The notes under the pieces were generated by a model. The model made no database searches and was not told the origin of the DNA. It worked only from the letters and a program-made list of their open reading frames with translations. Below, piece by piece: positions 62,608 to 64,000 of a stretch of DNA of 64,000 bases. Positions within the stretch are counted from its first letter, which is position 1. Each line of letters begins with the position of its first letter. The translations under genes and the position numbers were made by a program. The stretch comes from Candidatus Omnitrophota bacterium (GTDB lineage Bacteria; Omnitrophota; Gorgyraeia; Gygaellales; Profunditerraquicolaceae), in assembly GCA_026387335.1 (NCBI GenBank), contig JAPLLX010000006.1, positions 125,702-189,701 of the forward strand, in the 5' to 3' direction.

Positions 62608-63759
62608 TTATTTCGCCATCTCTCTAATCAACTGTAAACCTATAATATTACGCTGGATCTGGTTTGTCCCTTCGTAGATCTGAGTGATCTTGGCGTCGCG
62701 GACATATTTCTCAATTGGATAATCTTTCATATAACCGTATCCGCCGAAAATCTGCAGGGCATCTACAGTCACCTTCATCGCCACATCCGAAGCATACATC
62801 TTAGCCATAGCCGATTCCTTAGAGACATCTCTTGAGCCGGCGTCAATTGCCCGGGCGCAAGAATATACTAATGCCCTGGCCGCCTCAATTTCGGTCGCCA
62901 TATCCGCGAGCATCCATTGAATACCCTGGAAACTGGAAATTGATTTTCCGAACTGATGCCTCTCTTTGGCGTATTTTACGGCTAATTCCAGAGCGCCCTG
63001 GGCGATCCCTAAAGCCTGCGCCGCAACCCCCGGACGGGACATATCAAAAGTCCTCATAGTGACGATAAAACCCATACCTTCTTTAGCCAGTAAATTCTTA
63101 GCGGGAATTTTACAATCGGTAAATATTAATTCGCGGGTGGAAGATGCGCGGATACCGAATTTATCTTCTTTTTTACCGAAGGTAAACCCCGGAGTCCCTT
63201 TTTCAACGATAAAAGCTGACGCACCGCGCGCGCCTTTGTCCTTATTAGTCATAGCAATAACAGTATAAGTTTCCGCATCGCCGCCATTAGTAATAAAATG
63301 CTTTAGGCCGTTTAAAATATAATGCTCGCCTTCTTTTTTAGCGGTAGTCTTTATGGCGGAAGCGTCTGAGCCGGCTTCCGGTTCAGTTATGCCAAAAGCC
63401 GCGACTTTTTTACCGCTGGCTAAATCCGGAAGGTATTTCTTCTTTTGTTCATCATTGCCGAATAAAACTATCGGGAAAGTCCCTAACGCCGAGGCTGCGT
63501 AGCAAACAGCGATACCGCCGCAGGCGCGGGAGAGCTCTTCGGTAGCTAAGCAAAGGTTAGTGATATTGACACCCATTCCGCCGTACTCTTCAGGTATAAA
63601 TAAACCGAAAAGGTCGGATTCTCCGATGACCTTAAGCACATCCCAGGGGTATTCTTCGCTGATATCGTATTTGGCTGCCGCGGGACGCACCTTCTCTTCG
63701 GCGATCTTATGCGCTAATTCCTTGATCATCTTTTGTTCATCGGTAAACAAATAATCCAT
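62608..63759 (-). CDS. Acyl-CoA dehydrogenase (Bcd/CarC-like)
   Basis: ITEPEAGSDA, FITNG, GGYGYMKDYP, QIYEGTNQIQR. Confidence 0.96.
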   Translation of the reverse strand: MDYLFTDEQKMIKELAHKIAEEKVRPAAAKYDISEEYPWDVLKVIGESDLFGLFIPEEYGGMGVNITNLCLATEELSRACGGIAVCYAASALGTFPIVLFGNDEQKKKYLPDLASGKKVAAFGITEPEAGSDASAIKTTAKKEGEHYILNGLKHFITNGGDAETYTVIAMTNKDKGARGASAFIVEKGTPGFTFGKKEDKFGIRASSTRELIFTDCKIPAKNLLAKEGMGFIVTMRTFDMSRPGVAAQALGIAQGALELAVKYAKERHQFGKSISSFQGIQWMLADMATEIEAARALVYSCARAIDAGSRDVSKESAMAKMYASDVAMKVTVDALQIFGGYGYMKDYPIEKYVRDAKITQIYEGTNQIQRNIIGLQLIREMAK

Positions 63760-63805
63760 GTTTCCTCCTGTTTAATTCCAAAAATTATAACATAAAATAA
63801 TTATT

Positions 63806-64000
63806 TTACAAGATTTTTAGCAAGGCAATCTCATTACAATCGGGGAATTTGCAGCAGTTAATGCATTCTGCCCAAATCTTATGCGGGAGGCTCTCATGCT
63901 TAACGTGTTTAAACCCGAACTTTTTAAAATATCCCGGTTTATAGGTGAGTACAAATATCTTCTTTGCACCTAAATCAGCTGCTTCCTCTAAACAAACCTC
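63806..64000 (-). CDS. GNAT N-acetyltransferase, ArgA-like (C-terminal part only)
   Basis: Manual translation ...LGAKKIFVLTYKPGYFKKFGF...LPHKIWAECINCCKFPDCNEIALLKIL*. Confidence 0.8.
   Translation of the reverse strand, partial: EVCLEEAADLGAKKIFVLTYKPGYFKKFGFKHVKHESLPHKIWAECINCCKFPDCNEIALLKIL

Overview
Bacterial chromosomal window, almost all minus strand. Gene order and the EF-Tu switch-I variant suggest a PVC-group anaerobe such as Omnitrophota (inference). 1-15.3 kb: core super-operon tRNA-Thr, rpmG, tRNA-Trp, secE, nusG, rplKAJL, rpoBC, rpsLG, fusA, tuf, rpsJ. 15.3-37.8 kb: housekeeping genes (rsmA, pdxA, surA, short mfd, secDF, yajC, rpsP, trpE, his genes, alaS, recX, recA, a GAF-GGDEF protein, smc, a small HTH gene). 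38-60.6 kb: a ~22.6 kb accessory locus that is a greatly expanded His-Xaa-Ser (Hxs) RiPP-like system. It has a His-Xaa-Ser/Asn repeat precursor, HxsB/HxsC/HxsD-like genes, nine radical SAM genes (one split by a T9 homopolymer frameshift), a U32 protein, an AsnB-like ligase, two GT2 glycosyltransferases, a possible prenyltransferase, an A24 prepilin peptidase and twin secreted proteins sharing a 189-bp repeat. 60.6-64 kb: acyl-CoA dehydrogenase/EtfAB and a partial GNAT. Other oddities: a two-hairpin element with compensatory changes repeated upstream of tuf and a lipoprotein gene, a HisB with substituted metal ligands, an SMC with a minimal hinge and a truncated Mfd.
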